Positions 9,800-19,679 of a stretch of 64,000 bases of DNA are shown here, in pieces. The first letter of the stretch is position 1. Every line of letters starts with the position of its first letter. The notes below the pieces were generated by a model, which saw only the letters and a list, made by a program, of their open reading frames with translations, ran no database searches and was not told the DNA's origin. The stretch is taken from assembly GCA_016195685.1 (NCBI GenBank), contig JACPZE010000020.1:85725-149724 (forward strand), written 5' to 3'. The position numbers and the translations under genes are program-made. This DNA comes from Candidatus Gottesmanbacteria bacterium (GTDB taxonomy: Bacteria > Patescibacteriota > Microgenomatia > 2-02-FULL-39-11).

Positions 9800-11428
9800 A
9801 TGAAAAGACTGCTGCCCTTCATAGTAATATTTTTTGTAGTACTTATTTATACCAAACCTTTTTTCCGTCCCGGTTTTTTCCCCACTCATGACGGTGAATG
9901 GGCGATAGTACGTTTAGCAGAGATGCAAAGGGAAATAAAGGATTTACAGATTCCTCCCCGATGGGCTGATTATTTAAATCATGGTTACGGTTATCCTCTT
10001 TTTAACTTTACTTACCCTTTTCCGTTTTATGTTGGTACTGCATTAAGATTTTTTCATATAGGACTTACAGATAGTATCAAAATCATATTTGTGGCCAGTG
10101 CCGTTTTATCTGCTTTGTTTATGTTTCTTTTAGGTCGAGAACTGGGAGGGGAATATGCAGGGCTTCTTGCAGCTATATTTTATAGTGTTGCACCATTTAG
10201 GCTGGTAGATCTTTATATACGCGGATCCATAGGAGAGTCTTTGAGCCTTGCTATTTTTCCAATGCTTTTTTATCTGAGTCTGAAATTTATCCTCAAACCC
10301 AGTTTAATGAAAATGTCATTATGTTCAGTTGTTCTTGCGACTCTTATTCTTTCTCATAATATAATGGCTTTGGTTTTTTTCCCATTTTGGATTGTTTTTT
10401 TATACGTGTGTCTTATTTCATATTACGAAGATATAAAGTTCTACACATGGCGTTATTTTCTGCCGATGATCGCATTGGGCCTTGGTTTAGCAGCATATTT
10501 TTTCATACCTGCACTCGCAGAAAAGCAATTAGTTTTATTATCACAGGTAAAATTGGCAGACGTATCTTCAAATTTTATCAATATCAGTGATTATCTCCTT
10601 TCTCCATGGAATTACGGAATCAAACCTTCATATCAACTAGGTTGGGCTCATATTTTGGCTGGCATTTTAGCAATTATAAGTCTTATATTATCGAAAGATA
10701 TAGATAAGAAGAAATTTTGGCCCCTTTTAATTTTTATTTTGGGAAGCGTGTTTATCCTGATATTTTATGCTCATCCATTTTCCGCCGAATTTTGGAATGT
10801 ACCTCCTCTTTCGTGGTTTGACTTTCCATGGAGATTTCTCACCCCTCTGGCTTTTTTCCTGGCCCTCTCAACCATATTTCTTCCAATACATAAAGTAACT
10901 AAATTTATCGGCGGCGTTTTAGCAATCTTAACAGTAATTTTGAGTATTAATTTTGCTTCTCCACCGACTTTTATAAATAATCCTGATGCATACTATGCGA
11001 CCAACGATGCGACTACGACCTCCATGGATGAGTTAATGCCTAATTGGGTTATCAATAAACCAACCAACCGCTACGGACAAAAAATCGAGGTAGAACAAGG
11101 TAAGGCTCAACTCTATAATTTAGAATATAAATCAAACTCCATTAAATTTCGAGTTATCTCACAATCTCCAAGTATAGTAAAAGTGAATACGATTTATTAT
11201 CCAGGATGGAAATTCTATATAAATGACAAAGAAATTACTGTAAATTACAAAAGTCCCGATGGGCTTATAAGATTTGAAGCCCCTTCGGGCAATATGGGAG
11301 TTACTGGTTTGTTTAAAGAAACAAGTTTAAGATTTTGGAGTAATATTATTTCAGCTTTGAGTTTCACACTTATTATTCTGTTTTTTATATTCTCTTTGGT
11401 TAAGTGGGTAAGACTAAAGTTTGTATGA
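9800..11428 (+). CDS. GT-C-like membrane protein (so-called PTPS-related/YfhO-like family)
   Basis: PTHDG, PPRW..YLN.GYGYPLFNF, YIRG..GE, LSHN, FPWRFL, DE..P, C-terminal YYPGW domain and terminal TM. Confidence 0.72.
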   Translation: MKRLLPFIVIFFVVLIYTKPFFRPGFFPTHDGEWAIVRLAEMQREIKDLQIPPRWADYLNHGYGYPLFNFTYPFPFYVGTALRFFHIGLTDSIKIIFVASAVLSALFMFLLGRELGGEYAGLLAAIFYSVAPFRLVDLYIRGSIGESLSLAIFPMLFYLSLKFILKPSLMKMSLCSVVLATLILSHNIMALVFFPFWIVFLYVCLISYYEDIKFYTWRYFLPMIALGLGLAAYFFIPALAEKQLVLLSQVKLADVSSNFINISDYLLSPWNYGIKPSYQLGWAHILAGILAIISLILSKDIDKKKFWPLLIFILGSVFILIFYAHPFSAEFWNVPPLSWFDFPWRFLTPLAFFLALSTIFLPIHKVTKFIGGVLAILTVILSINFASPPTFINNPDAYYATNDATTTSMDELMPNWVINKPTNRYGQKIEVEQGKAQLYNLEYKSNSIKFRVISQSPSIVKVNTIYYPGWKFYINDKEITVNYKSPDGLIRFEAPSGNMGVTGLFKETSLRFWSNIISALSFTLIILFFIFSLVKWVRLKFV

Positions 11429-13149
11429 AAGGTTATCAACGGCGTGTTTTATACTTAATTTTAGTTATAATATTTTCTTTTTGGACTGTAAAACCACTCT
11501 TTCACGAAGGCTTTTTCCCCATGCATGATGATACTCAGCCTGCTCGCGTTTATGAGATGGCTCAAGCACTATCCCACGGTCAATTTCCGGTAAGATGGGT
11601 AGGAGATTTAGGATATGGATACGGATACCCTCTATTTAATTTTTATGCACCTTTGCCTTATTATACAGGTGCAATTTTCAATCTGATAGGATTTGATTCG
11701 ATTGTTTCTACAAAAATAATGTTTTTTATCGGAATTATCCTGGCAGGCATAACGATGTTTTACTTATTAACTAATCTAGTTGGTGAAGCAGGAGCATTGG
11801 TAGGAAGTCTGTTATACATGTACGCTCCTTATCATGCCATAGATATTTACGTTCGGGGAGCTGTGAGCGAGATTTATGCAATTGGGTTTTTGCCTTTGTT
11901 TCTTGCAGGTATTTATAGAATTTTTTCTAGTAAACTCGTAACACATCACAAGAATAATTTATTTAATTTAATCCCAACTTTAAAGTCTGATAAAGAAATT
12001 AAAAAAGGAATTTTAACAAGCATAATAGGTTTTGCGGTAATATTACTTTCTCATAATCTTATGGGGATGATCGTAATAGAATTTTTTATTGTGGGGATGA
12101 TTGTTTATTTTCTGTTTCATTTATTTAAAAGACAAAATCCAACAAAACTGTATTTATTAATGACAGTTTTCCTAATAGGATTAGGTATTTCTTCTTTTTT
12201 TATTCTTCCGGCATTTGCTGAGAAAAATTTTACTCGCATCAATGAATTGATTACCGGAGGTAGCAAATTTAGTGACCATTTTGTATATCTTGATCAATTA
12301 TGGAGTAGTCCCTGGGGATTTGGAGGTTCAGCTTTGGGTCGTGCTGATGGTATGTCTTTTATGATCGGTAAAATCCATCTATTATTAGGAATTTTATCTA
12401 TTCCGGTAGTTTTAATCTTTCATAAACGCAAAAAAATAAATAACTTTCAATTTTCTATTTTTTCCTCGCAACTAATACTTTTTGTAATTTCTGTTTTTCT
12501 TGTACTTGATATTTCCGGTTATATTTGGGCTTTAATGCCAGGATTTGCTTATATTCAATACCCTTGGAGATTTTTGGCTATTTCTATTTTCAGTATCTCT
12601 GCAATGATTTCCTTCATAGTAGTTTGTCTTAGGAAAGAGATTCAATTAATTTTTTGCATTGTTTTTATTTTATTGATGATATGGTTTAATTCAAGATATT
12701 TTGTTCCAAAAGAATATCTTCCTCTCAAACAATCAGATTACACAAGCAACCTGAATCTTCGGTATAAAATTTCTAAAATATCAGACGAATATTTGCCGTA
12801 TGATTTTATAATCCCAAAATCAACATATGAAATAGCATTGCAGGGCATAAATTCTTCTCCTGATTTTAAGGTAAAATATTTTTCAGATACTCCGGTAAAG
12901 AAATTATTTAATATTGAATCTGCTGCTAGTAAATCTTTGCAGACAAATGTTGCTTATTTTCCAGGTTGGCAGGTGAAAATAGATGGTTTCGATACAACTT
13001 TAAAATCTAGAAACGGTCGAATTGAAATTTTTATTCCACAAGGCCAACATAGTATTGAATTTAACCTTCGCAATACTTTCATACGGATACTATCAAATAG
13101 TATTTCCATATTTGCCCTTTTTTTGCTAGTATATATCATTGTTTTGTGA
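11425..13149 (+). CDS. GT-C-like membrane protein (PTPS-related/YfhO-like), paralogue of 9800
   Basis: PMHDD, PVRW..DLGYGYGYPLFNFY, YVRGA..E, LSHN, QYPWRFL, DEYLP, YFPGW. ATG 11425 forms an ATGA overlap with the upstream stop. Confidence 0.72.
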   Translation: MKGYQRRVLYLILVIIFSFWTVKPLFHEGFFPMHDDTQPARVYEMAQALSHGQFPVRWVGDLGYGYGYPLFNFYAPLPYYTGAIFNLIGFDSIVSTKIMFFIGIILAGITMFYLLTNLVGEAGALVGSLLYMYAPYHAIDIYVRGAVSEIYAIGFLPLFLAGIYRIFSSKLVTHHKNNLFNLIPTLKSDKEIKKGILTSIIGFAVILLSHNLMGMIVIEFFIVGMIVYFLFHLFKRQNPTKLYLLMTVFLIGLGISSFFILPAFAEKNFTRINELITGGSKFSDHFVYLDQLWSSPWGFGGSALGRADGMSFMIGKIHLLLGILSIPVVLIFHKRKKINNFQFSIFSSQLILFVISVFLVLDISGYIWALMPGFAYIQYPWRFLAISIFSISAMISFIVVCLRKEIQLIFCIVFILLMIWFNSRYFVPKEYLPLKQSDYTSNLNLRYKISKISDEYLPYDFIIPKSTYEIALQGINSSPDFKVKYFSDTPVKKLFNIESAASKSLQTNVAYFPGWQVKIDGFDTTLKSRNGRIEIFIPQGQHSIEFNLRNTFIRILSNSISIFALFLLVYIIVL

Positions 13150-13156
13150 GTACACT

Positions 13157-13894
13157 ATGAAAAAAACTTCAGTTGAAATAGTAGTTCCTATTTATAATGA
13201 GGAAAAAGAGTTGGAAAGCAGCGTAGATAAACTTTATTCGTTTGCCCAGCAGAATTTACTTTCTTATGATTGGCATATTACTGTAGCCGATAATGCATCC
13301 ACAGATAATAGTTTCTCTATAGCACAAAAAATGGTTAAACAAAAACCTCATTTGGGATGTATGCACCTGGATCAAAAAGGCAGGGGCCGTGCAGTCAAAA
13401 AAGTATGGAGAAAAAGTATTGCAGATATTTTGGTGTATATGGATGTGGATCTCTCGACAGATTTGAAAAATCTACCCTCCCTTGTAGCGGCACTTGAGAA
13501 TAATTATGATATTGCTATTGGCTCAAGACTTTTACCAAAGTCGAAAGTTCTAAATAGACCTTTGAAACGTGAAGTTTTATCGCGTATCTATAACGTTTTG
13601 ATAAAAATATTTTTTCAGGTTCACTTTTCAGATGCTCAGTGCGGTTTTAAAGGTATTACGAGGAAAGTGGTAGATGATCTTTTACCCTTTATCGTAGATG
13701 ATGCATGGTTTTTTGATAGTGAACTTTTAATCGTTGGTGAAAAAGTTGGATTTAAAATTTACGAAGAACCGGTTCGATGGGTTGATAATCCGGGATCAAC
13801 AGTCAGAGTGCTCTCGACAGTCTCAGGTGATCTAGCGGGATTATGGCGATTATTTTGGGATAGGCCTTGGTGTAGATATAAAAATAATAAATAA
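13157..13894 (+). CDS. Polyprenyl-phosphate glucosyltransferase-like GT2
   Basis: VPIYNEE, ADNASTD, KGRGRA, YMDVDLSTD, IGSRL, DAQCGFK, WFFDSELL, STV. ATG 13157 preferred over TTG 13139. Confidence 0.85.
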   Translation: MKKTSVEIVVPIYNEEKELESSVDKLYSFAQQNLLSYDWHITVADNASTDNSFSIAQKMVKQKPHLGCMHLDQKGRGRAVKKVWRKSIADILVYMDVDLSTDLKNLPSLVAALENNYDIAIGSRLLPKSKVLNRPLKREVLSRIYNVLIKIFFQVHFSDAQCGFKGITRKVVDDLLPFIVDDAWFFDSELLIVGEKVGFKIYEEPVRWVDNPGSTVRVLSTVSGDLAGLWRLFWDRPWCRYKNNK

Positions 13895-13895
13895 A

Positions 13896-14930
13896 ATGAA
13901 AAATCTATTAATTACAGGTGGAGCAGGGTTCATTGGATCAAATCTGGCATCCTTTTTTCTAAAAAAAGATTATTCAGTGACCATATTTGATAACTTTGAG
14001 CGAAAAGGAACAAAACAAAATTTATCATGGCTAAAAAACCAATTTCCAAAATTAATAGTAGTAGAAGGTGATATAAGAAATAAAAAGGATTTAGATGCTG
14101 TAGTTGTTGGAAAGGAAGCGCTTTTCCATCTGGCAGCACAAGTTGCTGTAACCACTTCAGTTACTGACCCAAAAACTGATTTTGATATAAATGCACTAGG
14201 CACTTTTAATCTTTTAGAGTCGGTTCGCCAATACGGCAATAAACCTCTCGTAATTTTTTCTTCAACCAATAAAGTTTATGGTGAAATGGAAGACCTCGGA
14301 GTAGTTGAACAAAAAACACGTTATATGTATAAAGCTTTGCCTTACGGAATATCAGAAACAACCTGTCTAGATTTTCATTCTCCATACGGTTGTTCAAAAG
14401 GAGCAGCTGATCAGTATGTAAGAGATTATGCAAGAATTTATGGAATTCCAACGGTTGTCTTCAGACAATCATGCATTTACGGCCCTAATCAGTTCGGTAT
14501 AGAAGATCAAGGATGGTTAGCTTGGTTTATTATCGCCTTGTCTTTAGATCACGATATTACTATCTATGGAGATGGTAAACAAATCCGGGATGTTTTATAT
14601 ATAGACGATCTTGTACGTCTTTTTGATCTTGTTCTTGAAAATAAGGGAAAAGTGACCGGACAAATTTACAATGTGGGAGGTGGCATAAACAATACGATTT
14701 CTGTTTGGAGCGAATTCGGTCCCATACTGGAAAAATTATTTGGTAAAAAAATAAATCCCAAATTTTCTGGATGGCGTCCTGGTGATCAGAAAGTATATAT
14801 TAGTGATATAAGACATGTAGAAAAAGAATTGGGATGGAAACCAAAAATTAGCGTTGAAGAGGGTATAAGTATGCTATTTAAGTGGATCCAGATAAATAAA
14901 TCAATGCTTAAAAGCATATTATTTCAATGA
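13896..14930 (+). CDS. CDP-paratose 2-epimerase (tyvelose epimerase)-like extended SDR
   Basis: HLAAQVAVTTS, SSTNKVYG, FHSPYGCSKGAADQY..DYARIYG, FRQSCIYG..QFG.EDQGW, G.GKQIRD, R.GDQ. Confidence 0.8.
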   Translation: MKNLLITGGAGFIGSNLASFFLKKDYSVTIFDNFERKGTKQNLSWLKNQFPKLIVVEGDIRNKKDLDAVVVGKEALFHLAAQVAVTTSVTDPKTDFDINALGTFNLLESVRQYGNKPLVIFSSTNKVYGEMEDLGVVEQKTRYMYKALPYGISETTCLDFHSPYGCSKGAADQYVRDYARIYGIPTVVFRQSCIYGPNQFGIEDQGWLAWFIIALSLDHDITIYGDGKQIRDVLYIDDLVRLFDLVLENKGKVTGQIYNVGGGINNTISVWSEFGPILEKLFGKKINPKFSGWRPGDQKVYISDIRHVEKELGWKPKISVEEGISMLFKWIQINKSMLKSILFQ

Positions 14931-16051
14931 ACAAATACAAAAAAATTCTAGTCACTGGTGGAGCCGGGTTTATCGGATCTCATTTAGTGGACAAGCTTAT
15001 TGAAAATGGGTATGAGGTGAGAGTATTGGATAATCTTTTTAAACAGATTCATCCTTCTGGTCATCTTCCAGCTTATTTCAATAAAAAGGCACATTTTTTA
15101 AAAGGAGATGTGACAAATAAAGAGAATTGGTTAAAGGCATTAGATGGAATAGATGGAGTATTTCATTTTGCTGCAGCCGTAGGAGTAGGTCAAAGTATGT
15201 ATGAAATTGAGCATTATGTAAGAGTAAATTCTTTGGGTACTGCAATTCTGTTGGATATACTTGCGAATAAAAAGCATAACGTCAAAAAAATAATTGTTGC
15301 AGCTTCCATGAGTTCATATGGTGAAGGTACTTATAAGTGTAAAAATTGCGGTCTGATAAGACCCCCTTTAAGAAATGAAAAACAGTTAGAAAAACAAGAT
15401 TTTAATGTTTATTGTCCGCAATGTAGTCAAATAGTAGTTCCCGTTCCTACTAGTGAAGATGCAAAACAGAACTGTAATTCTATATATGCAATCAACAAGA
15501 AAAATCAGGAAGAAATGGTTTTAAACGTGGGTATGGCATACAGGATTCCTGCTGTGGCACTGCGATATTTTAATGTTTATGGTACAAGACAAAGTTTATC
15601 CAATCCTTACAACGGAGTCGTTGCGATTTTTATGAGCAGAATCAAAAACAATAGGCCTCCTATTATAAATGAAGATGGATTGCAAACAAGAGATTTTATA
15701 CACATCAGGGATGTCACTGCAGCAAACATTGCTGCACTTGAAGAAGATGAGGCAAATTATGAAGTATTTAATGTAGGTTCTGGTATGCCGGTTACTATAA
15801 AAAAGATAGCGGAACTTTTGGCGCAGATTTATAAGCGAAATATCAAACCGGATATCACTTCCAAAACAAGAAAACTTGATGTGAGACATTGTTATGCTGA
15901 TATAACGAAGATAACAGATTGTTTAGGTTGGCAACCGAATATGGATTTAGAAAAAGGATTATTAGAGGTTGTTGACTGGTCTCAACAAGAAAAATCAGTA
16001 GATAAATTAGATTTTGCACTACAGGAGCTTGCCAAAAGAGGATTGCGATGA
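14927..16051 (+). CDS. NAD-dependent epimerase (WbiB/dTDP-L-rhamnose 4-epimerase-like) with CxxC...CxxC insert
   Basis: TGGAGFIGSH, AAAVGVGQSMYEI, SMSSYGEG.Y.CKNCG...CPQC, YAINK, RYFNVYG.RQSLSNPY.GV, EDG.Q.RDF. Confidence 0.7.
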   Translation: MNKYKKILVTGGAGFIGSHLVDKLIENGYEVRVLDNLFKQIHPSGHLPAYFNKKAHFLKGDVTNKENWLKALDGIDGVFHFAAAVGVGQSMYEIEHYVRVNSLGTAILLDILANKKHNVKKIIVAASMSSYGEGTYKCKNCGLIRPPLRNEKQLEKQDFNVYCPQCSQIVVPVPTSEDAKQNCNSIYAINKKNQEEMVLNVGMAYRIPAVALRYFNVYGTRQSLSNPYNGVVAIFMSRIKNNRPPIINEDGLQTRDFIHIRDVTAANIAALEEDEANYEVFNVGSGMPVTIKKIAELLAQIYKRNIKPDITSKTRKLDVRHCYADITKITDCLGWQPNMDLEKGLLEVVDWSQQEKSVDKLDFALQELAKRGLR

Positions 16052-16788
16052 AGATTTCCTTTATTATCCCCTTTCACAACGAAGAAAAAAATTGTCAACC
16101 TATGCTGAAAAAGGTTTTGGAATTTGCACAAAAACAAAAATTTTCATATGAGATTATACCCGTTGATGATAGAAGTACAGATAAAACAAAAATAATTTTG
16201 CGAGATTTTGCTTCACATAACAAACATATTAAACCTCTGTATCGTAAAGACGATAAAGAAGAAAAAGGAAACACCATGGGAAAAGCACTGCTGGAAGGAA
16301 CGATGAAAGCAGAAAACCCAATAATTATTTGGACGATGGGTGATCTTGCTGATGATACAAAAACATATCTAGATATAATTGAAAAAATTAATAGCGGTTT
16401 TGATATTGTTTTCGGATCAAGATATATGCCTGGTGGTTCCCGTGGAAATCTTGATTTACTTAAAGCATTCTTAAGTTCCTGGGGTACAAGAATGGCCCAA
16501 TTTTTTTTCGGAGTGCCAGTACACGATATCACGAACGCATTTCGCGGTTTTAGAAAAGAAATAATTACTCATTTAGAGCTTAAATCAACAGGATTTAGCA
16601 TTTCACCGGAATTTGCTATAAAAGCTCATCTTGCCGGTTTTAAATTGGGAGAAGTTCCTACTGTTTATATCAATAGAGTAGAGGGGGTTTCCAGTTTTAA
16701 ATTATTTAAGATGACAAAGAATTATCTCAAACTTTATTTGGATTTGTTTTGGCAGTTTAACATACTTCAAAAATCAGCTTATCAATGA
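16048..16788 (+). CDS. DPM-like GT2 (polyprenyl-phosphate sugar synthase type)
   Basis: IPFHNEE, VDD.STD, FGSRY..GG, DITNAFR, EVP....R..GVS.F; the DxD position reads MGD. Confidence 0.78.
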   Translation: MKISFIIPFHNEEKNCQPMLKKVLEFAQKQKFSYEIIPVDDRSTDKTKIILRDFASHNKHIKPLYRKDDKEEKGNTMGKALLEGTMKAENPIIIWTMGDLADDTKTYLDIIEKINSGFDIVFGSRYMPGGSRGNLDLLKAFLSSWGTRMAQFFFGVPVHDITNAFRGFRKEIITHLELKSTGFSISPEFAIKAHLAGFKLGEVPTVYINRVEGVSSFKLFKMTKNYLKLYLDLFWQFNILQKSAYQ

Positions 16789-17177
16789 AAATAATATTCA
16801 ATAAGAAATTAAAATATTCTCCTGCATCTCACGAAAATCCTCTTCATCGAGTAGCTTTTAAAAAAATTATTTTTACACAAAAAGATATTATGAAAGATGG
16901 AAAAATTCAGATGATTAATTGGGCAAAACTGATAAAAGGTAAATCTTTTGTACCTCATTATCATGAAGATATGGAAGAAATTTTTATAATCATAAAGGGA
17001 AGAGCTACAATTACTGTAGATAAAGAGAAAAAAGATTTAAATTCAGGCGATTCTGTATTGATTCCGCCAAAAGCAATACATGAAATGAAAAATATATCAT
17101 ATAGTGACGTAGAATATCTAGTTATAGGTATTACTTTAGGAATCGGTGGAAAAACAATAGTTACCAAAAAATTATGA
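16785..17177 (+). CDS. Cupin-domain protein
   Basis: PHYHEDMEE.F.I.KG and GDSVLIPPKAIHEMKN are the two cupin metal motifs. Confidence 0.85.
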   Translation: MKIIFNKKLKYSPASHENPLHRVAFKKIIFTQKDIMKDGKIQMINWAKLIKGKSFVPHYHEDMEEIFIIIKGRATITVDKEKKDLNSGDSVLIPPKAIHEMKNISYSDVEYLVIGITLGIGGKTIVTKKL

Positions 17178-18565
17178 AAACAAACATAAATATCAAATCG
17201 ATCATATTATTTTTAGTGTTTTCGATTTTTGTCAGCCTATTTTTATACAGATCGACAATCAATGCTTATTTTTTCCAAGATGATTGGTTTACGTTAAGAA
17301 TCAGTCAGGTAAAAAACTTAAGTGAGTTTTATCAATTTTTTATTCCCAGAAATGATATTATTTATTACCGTCCGTTAGGCATGCAGGTACCGTTTTTTAT
17401 TCTCCGATTGTTGTTTGGTTTAAATCCGTTGCCTTTTCATATTCTGACTATAGTCACTCATGCAGTAAATATAGTGCTGGTTTATTTACTCATTCGCTTA
17501 ATTAGAAAAGATTCTTTCACAGCGTGTTTAAGTAGCTTCCTATATGCCGTTTCCGCAATTCATTATATACCTATGTTTTGGTCATCTACCTATGCTTTTA
17601 TTTTGGGCCCTACATATGCCGTTGCTTCTTTGATTTTTTTTATTTTGTCTTTCCGAAAAAAGGAAAACCTATTTTACTGTTTGTCTTTAGTTTCATTTTT
17701 CATTGGATTGTTTGTAAACGAAATGTTAACAGTACTGCCTATAATTTTACTTTTGACGCAATTTTATTTTAATAAACTGAACATAAAAAGATTGTTGCCG
17801 TTTTTTTTGACGGTATTTATATTACTTACTTGGCGTTTTTATATTTTTCCTCCACCGGTAAGAGATGCATACCAATTAGGTATCGGAAAGGAACTGCTGA
17901 ATAATATAAAAGCTTATATATTATGGAGTTTCAATTGGCCTGAGGAAATGAAGGCTCAATTCATAACATTTTTTAATATAAACCCACAGTTTATCAGGGA
18001 ATTTTCATGGTATTTTTGGCCATTCATTATAACTTTTCTTACCAGTATTATTCTAATGTTTTTGATTCCACTTTTTCTGATTTTTTCAAAGGGTTACCAT
18101 TTAGGGAAATTGCTTATCTATAGTTCGCTTTGGTTTATTACAGGACTTCTGCCGGTTATTTTTTTCACCCAACATTCATTTTCATATTATCTGCCGATTT
18201 CTATTATCGGTTTGCTTCTTCTTCTATCATCAATGTTTAAATATCTATTTGATTTAATTCATAAAACGAGTAAGGAACTCGCTTTTATATTGATTATGAT
18301 TTTGTTGATTAATTGGAGCTATTGTACTTATATTACCATTGACTTTAACGCAAAAATTCATTGGGCTCCGAGGAGGGCAGAACTTTCAAAAACTCTTGTC
18401 ACAGAAATAGAAAAGAATTATCCTAGGTCTTTGAAAAAGGTAATACCTGTTAGCGGATCATCCGAAAACCGTCTCGCACTGAATAATCAAGATGCATTGA
18501 AAGTGATTTATAATGATGAGAGTATAGTAACTGCTTATGAATATCCTCAAACTAATTCAAAGTAA
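17174..18565 (+). CDS. GT-C-like polytopic membrane protein
   Basis: FFQDD acidic loop after TM1, YYRPL, FG.NP.PFH, H..N, many TMs. Confidence 0.62.
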   Translation: MKTNINIKSIILFLVFSIFVSLFLYRSTINAYFFQDDWFTLRISQVKNLSEFYQFFIPRNDIIYYRPLGMQVPFFILRLLFGLNPLPFHILTIVTHAVNIVLVYLLIRLIRKDSFTACLSSFLYAVSAIHYIPMFWSSTYAFILGPTYAVASLIFFILSFRKKENLFYCLSLVSFFIGLFVNEMLTVLPIILLLTQFYFNKLNIKRLLPFFLTVFILLTWRFYIFPPPVRDAYQLGIGKELLNNIKAYILWSFNWPEEMKAQFITFFNINPQFIREFSWYFWPFIITFLTSIILMFLIPLFLIFSKGYHLGKLLIYSSLWFITGLLPVIFFTQHSFSYYLPISIIGLLLLLSSMFKYLFDLIHKTSKELAFILIMILLINWSYCTYITIDFNAKIHWAPRRAELSKTLVTEIEKNYPRSLKKVIPVSGSSENRLALNNQDALKVIYNDESIVTAYEYPQTNSK

Positions 18566-19679
18566 AAAGATACAATCGGTGCTTTGGTGGATATTATTCA
18601 CGCTGATAATTACCAAGTTGCTTTTTTACTTAATATCAAATAGACAGTTTTTTACTAGAATTTTCGATCCTGTCTATTATGGTGATCTATATTCCAAATC
18701 ACAATATGTAGTGGGATCAAGATCCGTAGGCGGCATTGGTGATGATGGATTGTATGCCTTTGCAGGATATTATTATTTATTCCAAAAAGGTGATGTCTCT
18801 GCAGTGAATTTTGAGCACCCGCCGTTAGGAAAATATCTAATAGGTTTGTCGATACTAATTTTTCGGAATGAAAATCTCATCAATATAATTTATTTTTCGA
18901 TATTGTTATTTGTTACTTATAAAATCGGGAATATAATACTTAAAAATAAACTGCTGTCATTACTATCGGTAGGGATAATCTCTTTTGACCCCCTTTTTTT
19001 GGATAATCTTATCAGATCACTTTTGGATTTACCGTTCACGCTGTTTTTTATACTCGGGATATATTTTTTTCTTATGAGTTTGCACAATGCCAAATATCAT
19101 TATTTTTCAATGCTTTTCTGGGGGATATCTTTTTCGACGAGATTTTTCCCAGCATTATTAATAATTTATGGATTCCTGTTTTTAGTGATTTTTCTGTATA
19201 AACGAAAAGATCTCTCAATATTGATTAAAGCCTCATTTTTAATACCTATTGTTTATCTCCTTTCACACATATCTTTTTTTGTATACCATCCGTCACTGGT
19301 AGAATTCTTGCGGCATAAAAAATGGATGTTGGCTTGGTTTACCGGATCACCGAAAATATTTGGAAATATCTGGCGGAACATTTTTACAGGGTTTTATATT
19401 GATACTACGAATAAATTAATGAAAAATGAATTTTGGATACTCTTAATTCCGATTATTATTATATTTTCGCTAATCCCCACAGTGAAAATTCAGAAAAAAA
19501 ATAGTCTAGAGTTTATAGTGTTATATGGATTAAATATTTTGTATCTAGCCTATGTAACGATTCTAACGGACGGTAATCAAAAATTCATGATGCCTATATA
19601 TCCAATGCTTTGTATTATGGCTGTAAGTAATTTTACCCTTTTGTATAGTATAATAGCCTCATGGAAGAAGTCGAATTAG
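18537..19679 (+). CDS. GT-C membrane glycosyltransferase (PMT-like)
   Basis: IGDDGLY, NFEHPPLGKYLIG (HPPL.K as in protein O-mannosyltransferases), LLD; polytopic. Confidence 0.68.
   Translation: MNILKLIQSKKIQSVLWWILFTLIITKLLFYLISNRQFFTRIFDPVYYGDLYSKSQYVVGSRSVGGIGDDGLYAFAGYYYLFQKGDVSAVNFEHPPLGKYLIGLSILIFRNENLINIIYFSILLFVTYKIGNIILKNKLLSLLSVGIISFDPLFLDNLIRSLLDLPFTLFFILGIYFFLMSLHNAKYHYFSMLFWGISFSTRFFPALLIIYGFLFLVIFLYKRKDLSILIKASFLIPIVYLLSHISFFVYHPSLVEFLRHKKWMLAWFTGSPKIFGNIWRNIFTGFYIDTTNKLMKNEFWILLIPIIIIFSLIPTVKIQKKNSLEFIVLYGLNILYLAYVTILTDGNQKFMMPIYPMLCIMAVSNFTLLYSIIASWKKSN
19649..19654 (+). promoter_or_regulatory. Putative -10 element for a leaderless wzx transcript
   Basis: Perfect TATAAT 6 nt before ATG 19661; no SD. 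Confidence 0.5.
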
